From Candidatus Helarchaeota ASGARD archaeon Hel_GB_B (GTDB lineage: Archaea; Asgardarchaeota; Lokiarchaeia; Helarchaeales; HEL-GB-B), in assembly GCA_005191425.1 (NCBI GenBank), contig SUPR01000057.1:1-23593 (forward strand): a stretch of DNA of 23,593 bases, read 5' to 3'. How positions within the stretch are numbered: position 1 is the first letter of the stretch; each line of letters starts with the position of its first letter. The position numbers and the translations under genes were made by a program. The notes beneath the pieces were generated by a model. The model had not been told where the DNA came from. It did not search any database and saw nothing but the letters and a program-made list of their open reading frames with translations. This document shows, in pieces, positions 1 through 9,099 of this stretch.

Positions 1-79
1 AAAAAATTCCAAAGAATGAAAGCAACGGAAATTAAAAAAACTCGATAATTCAAAAATATTAACAAAAAAATCAATCTTA

Positions 80-256
80 TTATCTGGAGCGTCGTCTCCG
101 CGTTTCTACTTCTTCACTCATTAATATTCGTTTAATATAATTTTTCCTGTTTCTAATTCTTGGAATTTCTTTTGGTGGTTTATGAGATTCAACTTTTGGA
201 GTTTGACTTCTTACTTTTCCAGCTTTAGTTAATGAACCATGACTACCTGGACTCAT
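80..256 (-). CDS. rps30e: 30S ribosomal protein S30e (eS30), 58 aa; not in the supplied ORF track
   Basis: Hand translation of the minus strand: MSPGSHGSLTKAGKVRSQTPKVESHKPPKEIPRIRNRKNYIKRILMSEEVETRRRRSR, then TAA TAA. The HGSLxKAGKVRxQTPKV motif is the eS30 signature. Confidence 0.95.
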   Translation of the reverse strand: MSPGSHGSLTKAGKVRSQTPKVESHKPPKEIPRIRNRKNYIKRILMSEEVETRRRRSR

Positions 257-508
257 CTTTATTCAACTCATTTAGAACTTTTATAATTCTACATTTAATT
301 TATTTGAATTATTATTTTTAGTAAATGAGACATAATTTATAAATCTTTTTAGTAAAATATTCCAAATGTTATTATTTATTAAAAATTAATTTTATAAATA
401 AATTTTCATCCTTTAAATAAAAACTATATTTTAAAAAGTTTTGGAATTGAGAATAATAAATTAAAATAATTCTAACAATGATGGTTTGAACATGGTTACT
501 CTTTTTTT

Positions 509-1114
509 TCAACTTTTTTTTATGTATTCCTTTTCCAATTCTTTCCAAAATTCATATCCTAACCGGTTTATAATAACTTCCTTCATAGTATAAATAATTG
601 GTCTAATCCCCAGTTTAATTTTCTCTTCTTTTGGAAGCCTTAAGCACCAGATATCAAATTCTTCATTTTCTAAGTCATTCATGAATTCAATTATATTTTC
701 ATGTGGTCTTATATCTAGAGGAAAAGTCACACATATATTAAATTTATAATCGATCCAATTAATTTTATTTTCAATACAAAACCTATGGACAGCGCATTCC
801 CCATTTTCCATAAGAAAAATACAGCTACCATTCCAGGTCCTTATTTTCCATAATTTATTCCAATCTTTATTTTCTACAAACTTATTGTGTAATTTATTTA
901 ATCGCTTGATTTTCTGTTCAGAAAGATATTTTTTTATTTTTAAAATATCTTTTCTTATCCGTTGAATTTCTTCTTTTGTAACATATGCGCCTAGATAGCA
1001 ACATTTCGACTTACAATTGGATTTGTTGATACATTTAAAATAGAAATCAAGAATTTTCTTTTCTACCTTAATTCCATTTATGATAATAAATTTAATGTCA
1101 TCTTTTATTGTCAT
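509..1114 (-). CDS. DUF3109 / YkgJ-like cysteine-cluster (putative Zn- or Fe-chelating) protein
   Basis: Cys pattern C-x4-C-x3-CC-x2-GA (CINKSNCKSKCCYLGA), then CIFL..GECAVHRFC and KFNICVTFPL, typical of this family. Confidence 0.75.
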   Translation of the reverse strand: MTIKDDIKFIIINGIKVEKKILDFYFKCINKSNCKSKCCYLGAYVTKEEIQRIRKDILKIKKYLSEQKIKRLNKLHNKFVENKDWNKLWKIRTWNGSCIFLMENGECAVHRFCIENKINWIDYKFNICVTFPLDIRPHENIIEFMNDLENEEFDIWCLRLPKEEKIKLGIRPIIYTMKEVIINRLGYEFWKELEKEYIKKS

Positions 1115-1239
1115 ATTTGTTTTACCGATTGAGAAATATTATTTCTTTTAATTAATGTTTAGAAAATAATATATATGATTTAAATTAATATTTCTATAAT
1201 TGGTTCATTTAATGAATAATAAAAAATTTGGGATGAAAA

Positions 1240-2109
1240 ATGAAAAAAAAATGGTATAAAGGTAAAGTTTTCGTGATAACTGGAGCAAGTGGTGATATTG
1301 GTTCAGAAGTATGTCGTTTATTTGCTCCTTTAGGTTTAAAAATGTATTTATTAGATTTACCAAATCCTAGGCTCGATAAACTTACAGAAGAACTCAAAGG
1401 TCTGGGTGCTGAATATGTAGAAGGGCTACATATGGACGTGACGAATAAAGAACAGGTTGAATCTGTTATAAAATCCATTGGAGAAAAAGAAAAATATATC
1501 GATATCCTTTTCAACAATGCAGGATTTGGAAATCAAACTTCGATAACAAATGGCGGGACTTTCGAAGAATATAGACGAATTATGTCAGTTAATACTGATG
1601 GTATGTGGCGGGTACTGCAAGCTGCGGTCCCATATATTGGTAGACCTGCACCGACCAAAAAATTCCCGGATCGTAGAGAAGGACAATTGATTTTCATGTC
1701 AAGTTCTGGAGGAAAAGTTGGAATTCCGAATATGGCTGCTTATTGTATGAGTAAATATGCAGTTGTGGGCCTAGCTGACTCTATTAGGGCTGAATATAAA
1801 ATGGCAGGCCATAAAATTCATGTTATTACAATTTGTCCAGCCCCAGCTAAAACCCGATTTTGGGACGCTACCCTTGAATTTCAAGAATGGCTTAAAAAGT
1901 ATTCCAAAAAAGGTGGAATTTATAGATTAGTAGACGCTCATGAAGTCGCAAAAGAAGTATTAAGAGCATCAAAGAAAAACATAAAAGAACGATTTGTACC
2001 AAAATGGTGGTGGTTATTGTCATTTTTAAGCGTCTTAAGCCGTGGATTTATTATGAATTTATTAATCAAAATTGAAAAAAGTAAAGAAGATATGCCAAAG
2101 AAAAAATGA
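1240..2109 (+). CDS. Short-chain dehydrogenase/reductase (probably NAD-preferring)
   Basis: TGASGDIG glycine-rich motif, acidic LLD after beta2, NNAG, catalytic YCMSK (YxxxK). Confidence 0.93.
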   Translation: MKKKWYKGKVFVITGASGDIGSEVCRLFAPLGLKMYLLDLPNPRLDKLTEELKGLGAEYVEGLHMDVTNKEQVESVIKSIGEKEKYIDILFNNAGFGNQTSITNGGTFEEYRRIMSVNTDGMWRVLQAAVPYIGRPAPTKKFPDRREGQLIFMSSSGGKVGIPNMAAYCMSKYAVVGLADSIRAEYKMAGHKIHVITICPAPAKTRFWDATLEFQEWLKKYSKKGGIYRLVDAHEVAKEVLRASKKNIKERFVPKWWWLLSFLSVLSRGFIMNLLIKIEKSKEDMPKKK

Positions 2110-2248
2110 ATTTTTTTACAAATTCATTATAATTAACTCAAAAAAATGTAAAGATACAAAAATTAGATTCTCGGAATCTTTTAAATTTTGATTAATACTC
2201 TTTTTTATATTCTTTTTTTTTAAATTGTTTTGAAAAAAAATAATAAGT

Positions 2249-2309
2249 TTTAATAGTAAATTTAATAGTAAACTAAAATTTTCAGTTTGACCAATTATTT
2301 ACTATTAAA
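2249..2309. repeat. Three copies of TTTAATAGTAAA: two tandem direct (2249-2260, 2261-2272) and one inverted (2298-2309); candidate operator
   Basis: Read directly from the sequence; lies about 150-200 nt upstream of the SSB/RPA start codon. Confidence 0.6.
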
Positions 2310-2455
2310 GAGAAGATTAATAATAACTTTATTTAATTCCTTGAGATAGTAATTTTAAAATGTGTTTAAAAAATTAATAATAATTAAATATACATTCTTC
2401 ATTTATTAGATCATTATCAGAATATAAACTTAACCGAATAATTCAGCTGAATAAA

Positions 2456-3181
2456 ATGTTTAAGATAAAAGATTTAAATTCAAATTCTAAAAAAATATCG
2501 TTAATTGCCAAAATAATTGATATCAAGCCAGAACGACATGTAAAAAGTAAAAAAGGTGCCGATTTAAGGGTAGCTGAGGTTAAAGTAGCGGACGAAACTG
2601 GTGCTATCATATTAAATGCATGGGGTTCATTAATCGATGAATTAGATATAGGAAATATTATTAAAATTGAAAATGGTTATGTCAGTACTTATATGAATAA
2701 ATTATTTTTAAATATTGGACGATATAGTAGATATTCTATTATTGATCCAAATTCTCCAGAAGCCAATTTCCCTATTAATGATAATTTAATACATGAGCCA
2801 GAAATTTCCAATATAGGAAAAAATGTTCCTTCTGAATTTATTAAAATTAAGGATTTAAATAACAATTCAAGAGGTATTAATGTAAAATTTAAAGTAATTA
2901 GAAAAGATGAACCAAGAATAGTCCAGACAAGATATGGGCCCAAATCTGTTTGCGAATTTTTAATCGGTGATGAAACAGGGTGTATTTTATTAAGCTTATG
3001 GGAAGATGATATTTATGAAATATCTTTAAATAATTATTTTGAATTAACGGGTGGATATACAAATAAATTTCGAGATGTATTAAAATTAAATAAAGGAAAA
3101 TTTGGCACCATAAAAAACATTTCTCGTGAAGATGCGGGTTTTGTAGAAGTAAATGAATCAAACAATTTATCAAGTGGTTAG
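2456..3181 (+). CDS. Single-stranded DNA-binding protein / RPA-like with two tandem OB folds
   Basis: Two homologous halves: KIKDL...VADETGAIILNAWG...IKIENGYV...LNIGRY and KIKDL...IGDETGCILLSLWE...GGYT...LNKGKF. Each resembles the crenarchaeal SSB / hSSB1 OB fold. Confidence 0.9.
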   Translation: MFKIKDLNSNSKKISLIAKIIDIKPERHVKSKKGADLRVAEVKVADETGAIILNAWGSLIDELDIGNIIKIENGYVSTYMNKLFLNIGRYSRYSIIDPNSPEANFPINDNLIHEPEISNIGKNVPSEFIKIKDLNNNSRGINVKFKVIRKDEPRIVQTRYGPKSVCEFLIGDETGCILLSLWEDDIYEISLNNYFELTGGYTNKFRDVLKLNKGKFGTIKNISREDAGFVEVNESNNLSSG

Positions 3182-3241
3182 ATTAATATAAAAGGTATAT
3201 TATTATAATTAAAATAATTAAGAAAATATTAAAATGATTTA

Positions 3242-3715
3242 TTGGTGTTAATTAAAATGGACGTGCATAAGACGCAATTAGGGTTCTATATGTTTTGTTT
3301 TCTAGGACTTTTAGCCGGGTGTTTTGTTTCAATGTTTTTACCGTTTCAGTTAGATATTATATCATTTAAATGCTTCCTTCAAGTAGAAACTATCGGGTTT
3401 TATGCATTTATCGGAATCTTTATTATGATCGCTAGTTTTATTTTGTATTGTTTTCAAATCTGGACGAAAAGAAATGTATTTAAATATTTGGGTTTTTATT
3501 TAGGGCTTTCAGGTTCAATAGAATCAAGTATTTTTGGAATTTTCGGATTCTATTATTTTTACGAAGCTGCACGACTATATGGCGTTATTCTATTGGGGGC
3601 ATTATGTTCGGGAATATGTTCTTTAGCTTCTATTGTATTTATAGGACTTATATATATAAAAATGGGGACAATTGAGGACGAAATGATCGATGATGAAATT
3701 GTGTATATTGATTAA
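3242..3715 (+). CDS. Hypothetical membrane protein (about 4 TM helices, acidic C-terminal tail)
   Basis: Four hydrophobic stretches and the tail TIEDEMIDDEIVYID. The real start may be the ATG at 3257. Confidence 0.75.
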   Translation: MVLIKMDVHKTQLGFYMFCFLGLLAGCFVSMFLPFQLDIISFKCFLQVETIGFYAFIGIFIMIASFILYCFQIWTKRNVFKYLGFYLGLSGSIESSIFGIFGFYYFYEAARLYGVILLGALCSGICSLASIVFIGLIYIKMGTIEDEMIDDEIVYID

Positions 3716-3733
3716 AACTTGAGGCTTTCTATT

Positions 3734-4795
3734 ATGCCATTATTATTAGTTAAATTTCCTGAAGAAATGAGTAAAAAAGTAAATATGAGTAGATTTCTTT
3801 CTAAATTTTCCAAATTAGATGTAAGCGTTGTAGTTAATATCCAATTAAATGATTTAAAACATGTTCTAGAAATCCTAAATAGAAATGATTGCGAAATAAT
3901 TATTGCAGAAGAAATGGAGGACCATATTATTAATACGCTCTTACCTATTATAAAAAAAATTAGAGCCGGGTTAATTGCGCCAGAAAAAATTGGTGAATAT
4001 TGCAATAAAATAATTGAAACATATGGTGAATCTAATCTAAAACCCGAAATAATCGATGTCTTAAAAGACGGCATTAAATTTAGTGAAAATTTACAAATTA
4101 ATACACTTAATGACTTACAAACTAAAATTGAATTATTATTAAAAAATAGCTCTTTTACTTCTTATTCTAACTTTCTTACAATAGATGTAGATACATATTT
4201 AATGCTCTATCGCGTCCAAAAAGGTATTAATAAATTTAATGATTATACCAGATTTAACAGATTTAGTGAAATTTTTCTGAAAATTTTTAGAAAACATAAG
4301 ATAATTGACGAAAATCAAAATTTTAATGTCGTTTCAGACTGGAAGGAAAAAGTCAGAGTATTATTCGATAGAGTTAGCGTTAGAGGTACTAACTTAAACC
4401 CAGAAGATAGAATCTGGGTTAATTTCTGGGAAGTACTTCGGATACTTCAAGATTTTACGTCTAAAAATAAGATATTATATAAATTAGACATTGATCCTAA
4501 TGATCTTGACGAAATTCTCAATAAAATGCTAGAAGTACAATTGATTTATATTAAAAAAAATGAATATAAGATTAGACAATTGGGACTAGATTTTTATAAT
4601 TTTATCAATAAACAAATAGAGAAAAGATTTAAATTTAAACCGGCAAAAATTATTCCAGAAGAATTTCAAGATTTCGTTTCTTTGTTAGTTCAAATCGCAT
4701 TGATTGATTTAAAGATTATTTTAAAACGGGCTAAAAAGCCTATTTCTAGAATAACATTTCATAGAACTACTATAAATATAGAAAAATTTTATTAA
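3734..4795 (+). CDS. Hypothetical protein with a winged helix-turn-helix domain near the C-terminus
   Basis: Start moved to ATG 3734 (GAGG at 3721-3724 upstream). Segment LRILQDFTSKNKILYKLDIDPNDLDEILNKMLEVQLIYIKKNEYKIRQLGLDFY fits the archaeal wHTH pattern (HTH_45-like). Confidence 0.7.
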   Translation: MPLLLVKFPEEMSKKVNMSRFLSKFSKLDVSVVVNIQLNDLKHVLEILNRNDCEIIIAEEMEDHIINTLLPIIKKIRAGLIAPEKIGEYCNKIIETYGESNLKPEIIDVLKDGIKFSENLQINTLNDLQTKIELLLKNSSFTSYSNFLTIDVDTYLMLYRVQKGINKFNDYTRFNRFSEIFLKIFRKHKIIDENQNFNVVSDWKEKVRVLFDRVSVRGTNLNPEDRIWVNFWEVLRILQDFTSKNKILYKLDIDPNDLDEILNKMLEVQLIYIKKNEYKIRQLGLDFYNFINKQIEKRFKFKPAKIIPEEFQDFVSLLVQIALIDLKIILKRAKKPISRITFHRTTINIEKFY

Positions 4796-4834
4796 TTGTA
4801 TATAATTTAAGCATGTATAAATTGAGGTATTTAT

Positions 4835-5239
4835 ATGGAAGGAATGCATATAGGTTTTTTAAAGACAATTATATTTTTTGGAATTTTACATGATTTTATT
4901 TTTGGTTTTTTCTTCATATTTTTCTTACCCCAACTTGAATATATATTATTAATTACGATCCCATTGAATTATCCCATTTTTGCACATTTTTTGGGGCTAT
5001 TATTATTTACCATGGGTGTTATTCAACTTATATCTTTTTTAAATTTGGAACGCTTTATTCTCCTGCCATTTATTATTAATTGTGAAAGATTTGCATTTTT
5101 CATTATTGGTATTGTTGATATGTTTCAATTTCCATTAGCGATCCCTCAAATTTTAATTTTTATATCGCTAAATTTATTTTTAAGCCTTTTAACAATAATT
5201 GCGATAAGAATTTCGAAATTATCTCTCAAATTACACTAA
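4835..5239 (+). CDS. Hypothetical membrane protein (about 4 TM helices)
   Basis: Almost entirely hydrophobic 134 aa ORF; GAGGT Shine-Dalgarno-like site at 4824-4828. Confidence 0.75.
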   Translation: MEGMHIGFLKTIIFFGILHDFIFGFFFIFFLPQLEYILLITIPLNYPIFAHFLGLLLFTMGVIQLISFLNLERFILLPFIINCERFAFFIIGIVDMFQFPLAIPQILIFISLNLFLSLLTIIAIRISKLSLKLH

Positions 5240-5267
5240 AATTGGTCTTTTATCTTAAAATATTTTC

Positions 5268-5293
5268 TTTTTTTTCTGATTGACAAAAAAAAA
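5268..5293. terminator. Putative bidirectional oligo(T) terminator between convergent genes
   Basis: T8 run (5268-5275) on + and A9 run (5285-5293, T9 on -) in the 100 nt gap between convergent ORFs; archaeal termination uses oligo-U tracts. Confidence 0.4.
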
Positions 5294-5339
5294 TGATAGT
5301 ATTTGAAATTATTTTCTAGTTTCATGTTTTTATTTGTGA

Positions 5340-6485
5340 TTATTCTAAATTTCTAGAATCTTTTCCAAAAATTATTACTATAACCAACGCTATACAGCTT
5401 ATGATTGCACCACTTATATAGTAGAACATTGAATATAATGGATTCAAACCCCCAATTCCAATAATTTGTCCGACCAGGAAACCAATTAAGATCAAACCCA
5501 TAAAAATTCCTGAATATCTGCCTCTTAATTCTGATGGTGCCAAATCTGCCAAAATTACAAAAATTACTGAAATTAAAATTGCTATCCCAGATATAAGTAC
5601 TGCACCCATATTAAATAAATAAACAACAAACGAAGTGGTCGTTAATATCATACCATAAATTACCATATTTTTTCTGCCTATTTTATCAATCATATATCCT
5701 CCAGCAACCAGAATAAGTCCTCCAGTAGCAAACCCCAAGGTGCAGATTTGTGGAAAATTTAGACCCGTTAACGAACTTAATTGACTTAGAATACCTTGAG
5801 CAATCCAAATTAGCATATAAGATATTAAATAGACTAAATATTTCCTATCTGAAAAAATAAAACCAAACGAATCACTTAAAAATCCTTTTATTCCACCAGT
5901 TAATTCGTATTTTTTGATAGATTGATCCTCGCCTTCTGTAAATTTTATTATAATTGCACAAACACCACCCGCAAATTTAATTACACCAAAAATTATTAAT
6001 AAAACACTAAAGATTTGGAGCCCAATTGGGGACGTTAATGATGTTATATAGGCAGAGATTGCTATTGCTATTATTATCCATGTAATTGAAAATATAAAGC
6101 CCGCAATTGTACTTCTGTCCATTTTACCGAACTGCTCGTCCGTATGGTCTGCAAAATGGGCCATTAGAGCACAAGTAGTAAGACCGCTTAATAAACCCAG
6201 AATGATTAATAATAAATTGATTGCAAATGCCTGTAAAGTAATATATATGAGTCCTAAAACTATTAATAAAATGCCCTCCGCTAATAATAGAAACATTGGA
6301 TATAATCGATATCCTTTATCTATTATAACTCCCGATAAAATTAATGTGATGATAAATGGTATACCAAAAGAATAAATTGAAACAGTAATAATCTCGGCAA
6401 GCATAAATGAAATTGCAAATGTCATTATAAAAATAAGCATATATATAAAATGCTTTTTATTAAAACTTGGTTTTGATAGTTCCAT
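5340..6485 (-). CDS. Major facilitator superfamily transporter
   Basis: About 11-12 hydrophobic segments, motif-A-like GYMIDKIGRK, and PSELRGRYSG loop. Confidence 0.85.
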   Translation of the reverse strand: MELSKPSFNKKHFIYMLIFIMTFAISFMLAEIITVSIYSFGIPFIITLILSGVIIDKGYRLYPMFLLLAEGILLIVLGLIYITLQAFAINLLLIILGLLSGLTTCALMAHFADHTDEQFGKMDRSTIAGFIFSITWIIIAIAISAYITSLTSPIGLQIFSVLLIIFGVIKFAGGVCAIIIKFTEGEDQSIKKYELTGGIKGFLSDSFGFIFSDRKYLVYLISYMLIWIAQGILSQLSSLTGLNFPQICTLGFATGGLILVAGGYMIDKIGRKNMVIYGMILTTTSFVVYLFNMGAVLISGIAILISVIFVILADLAPSELRGRYSGIFMGLILIGFLVGQIIGIGGLNPLYSMFYYISGAIISCIALVIVIIFGKDSRNLE

Positions 6486-6618
6486 AAAATAGATATTATT
6501 TTTTTAAAATTAAAAATTTGTTGAATATAATTTAATTAAAAATTTAAGATAAAAATTATTTTTTATTAAGATTTTTTTTTCCAATTAAATTGCTTGAATA
6601 ATTCAACAAAAGGAAAAA

Positions 6619-8289
6619 TTAGTTTTTTCTCTTTGTTTTGAACTTTTTATGTGATTTTTTAGTCTGTTCTTCTTTTTTAAATTGAGGCAAAACATAAATT
6701 GCGATTGTTATAAGAATTAATAAAATGGAAACGATAATAATAACCCAAATCCAATCGAAACCTAATAACCTTATTAATATTCTCATATCCTGATGGTCTG
6801 TCATATCACTTTCAAATACCGAATATTTATTATTGACACGAGCAATGATCCAATGATATAAAATATTACGCATCGAAGATGGGACAATTAATGTAATTTC
6901 CGTTGAATTTCCAACATTAAGAATATTGATAGTTTTTTCTGCGCCGAGTTTATATGCCAAGGTTATGTCATCCCAATATATGCCTACTGAGATATTATAG
7001 GCAGGGTAATCGCCAATGTTTGATATATTAACAGTTGCAGTTAATACTTCGCCTCTATATAAAATAATTTTGTCAATCTTAAACGAATTTATTATTAAAT
7101 CTGCTAAATGCAATTTATATACTGATAAGTTATTCAAACAGCCTACTACAATTTCAAAAAGTGGGTCATTATCTAAATTTCCTGCCTTGATTGAAGAAAT
7201 ATTGGTCTTAGTCAGGACCGAACTTATCATATCAATTTTATTATCAATAACAGTCCAAATAGATAGATTACCAGTTTCTGTTCCTATCAAAATTTCTTGA
7301 ATACCGTCGTTATTTAAATCTGAAATATCCATAGCTGAGATAGCCTTGTAAATTTTAGTTGTAAAGATAATTTTAACAGCAACTCCAGGAATATTCTTCC
7401 AAACACTTATATTTCCATTTGAATCACAAGTTAAAAGTTCAGAACCTCTACGATTATCAAAATTTAAATCCATAATTTGAAAATTATGTGTTGTAGTAGA
7501 AATGATAGTAGAATATGCTTTTACCAATTTTGGTACCCAATTCCACCATAATAATGTAAAGTTTCCTGAATCCGTAACAACAGCTAAATCCATATTTCTA
7601 TTAGCGGTAAAATCATTAACAGCCATCCCAGTAATTTTGTCTGAAAATTTTATTGATTGTATAATGGAAAATTTATCTGTTATCATATCAAATCTCCAAA
7701 TTGTAACATTACCTACTTCATCCCCAGTAATAATTTCTAGTTTTTTAGCACCAGATAATTCTCTTAATATATCTTTTACTAATAAAACAGTAATATTCCT
7801 AGAGACTAAGATTGAAGCCCTTAAACTTAAATTATTTACATAAGTGTAAATCGATAAATTATTTCCATTTGCACAGACCAATTCATTATGTGAATTTGAA
7901 TCCAAATCTGCTATGGAAATTAGTGTAGTGTAATTATTTGTGAGCCCTAAAGTTTCATTTAACTTGTTATCATTAAAAATACTGATATTACCCAAATTTC
8001 CACTAATAATATCATTATGTGCATTTTTTGTCAAATCTGCTATATCAAGACTCCATTTATCTGTCTGATTTTTTGTAATAGACCAATTTAATTCCCATTT
8101 AATCGGTGAAAAAAATGAAGAATTTTTAATGGATATTGAATCTGATTTTGCCATTTTGGGAATTGTAAAAATATTAAATGAACTGACAAATAATAAATTG
8201 AAGAATAATATAATAATAACTACCTTTAAAATAACTTTCTCATTATTGATTAAGAACAATCTCATTAAACAATCACTTTTATTAGTCAA
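6619..8289 (-). CDS. Cell-surface protein: signal/TM segment, 7 FG-GAP-like beta-propeller repeats, CARDB (Ig-like) domain, C-terminal TM and basic tail
   Basis: Repeats such as DLDSNSHNELV, DLNNDGIQEILIG and NLDNDPLFEIVVG. CARDB-like ADLII...LTATVNISNIGDYPAYNISVGIYWD...IIARVN...FESDMTD. TM WIWVIIIVSILLILITIAIYVL then a Lys-rich tail. Alternative ATG start at 8265. Confidence 0.8.
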   Translation of the reverse strand: MTNKSDCLMRLFLINNEKVILKVVIIILFFNLLFVSSFNIFTIPKMAKSDSISIKNSSFFSPIKWELNWSITKNQTDKWSLDIADLTKNAHNDIISGNLGNISIFNDNKLNETLGLTNNYTTLISIADLDSNSHNELVCANGNNLSIYTYVNNLSLRASILVSRNITVLLVKDILRELSGAKKLEIITGDEVGNVTIWRFDMITDKFSIIQSIKFSDKITGMAVNDFTANRNMDLAVVTDSGNFTLLWWNWVPKLVKAYSTIISTTTHNFQIMDLNFDNRRGSELLTCDSNGNISVWKNIPGVAVKIIFTTKIYKAISAMDISDLNNDGIQEILIGTETGNLSIWTVIDNKIDMISSVLTKTNISSIKAGNLDNDPLFEIVVGCLNNLSVYKLHLADLIINSFKIDKIILYRGEVLTATVNISNIGDYPAYNISVGIYWDDITLAYKLGAEKTINILNVGNSTEITLIVPSSMRNILYHWIIARVNNKYSVFESDMTDHQDMRILIRLLGFDWIWVIIIVSILLILITIAIYVLPQFKKEEQTKKSHKKFKTKRKN

Positions 8290-8456
8290 TTGATCTTTTA
8301 CTTAGTTTAAATCTGGTGCTTATTTAATCTTAATGATTAATTATAAATATTTTTCTTGTGTTAGAAAAATTATTGATTGTTCCATTTTCGAATTTATTAA
8401 TTTTTGTGAAGAGACTAAAAACTTTAAAAAATTGAATAAAATTTAGAGGTAATTAC

Positions 8457-8951
8457 TTGAGTTCTAGTAACAACTTTAAAGAAAATTATGATATTATTTT
8501 AAATGAATCAATAAAATATATTGAAAAAAATAATATATTAACTATAGCCACAGCAAATGAAAATGGAATACCAAGAGCTGATGCATTAGAATATGCAAAT
8601 GAAGGAATTAATATTGTAATATTATCTAGAAAAGATTCGTGGAAAGTTTCTAATATTAGAATAAATTCTCGCGTTTTTTATGAAATTCACCATTCTCAAG
8701 AAATAAATATGGAAAGTCTAAAAGGAATTATTGGAATTCAAGTAGAAGCTACAGCAGAAATTATTGAATATTCGGACGAAAATTTTATGAGATATTTTAA
8801 TTTAATGATTAAAAAATTTCCCATTTTCAAGAAATTTCCTGAAAATGCGTTAAAAAAACGGGTCATTCTATTATTAAAACCAAAAAAATTATGGCTTTTA
8901 AATTATACAAACAAATTTTTTCATAGAGATTATATCCAATTTGAAAATTAA
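8457..8951 (+). CDS. Pyridoxamine 5'-phosphate oxidase-like (split-barrel flavin-binding) protein
   Basis: LTIATANENGIPR, then RKDSWKVSNIRINSRV, GIQVEATAEI and ILLLKPKKLWLLNY match the PNPOx-like fold. Confidence 0.85.
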   Translation: MSSSNNFKENYDIILNESIKYIEKNNILTIATANENGIPRADALEYANEGINIVILSRKDSWKVSNIRINSRVFYEIHHSQEINMESLKGIIGIQVEATAEIIEYSDENFMRYFNLMIKKFPIFKKFPENALKKRVILLLKPKKLWLLNYTNKFFHRDYIQFEN

Positions 8952-9099
8952 CAATATATATTTTCTATTTCCCATATTTTTAAATTCAGACATTCTTTTT
9001 TTATTAAATTTAATAGACAAAGTTTTCTTATTTTCCATTGCTTTCATTAATTGAAATTTTTTATATAAATAGGGGCAGACTTTGATTTTTCGCCTACTT

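Noticed and set aside
1-35. Possible 3' end of a + strand gene (…IPKNESNGN*) at the window edge
   Set aside because: Only about 10 codons are visible, so it cannot be supported.
3242-3715. Claudin/tetraspan-like interpretation of the 4-TM protein
   Set aside because: Lacks the W-GLW-C-C signature and a large first loop; a four-helix topology alone is insufficient.
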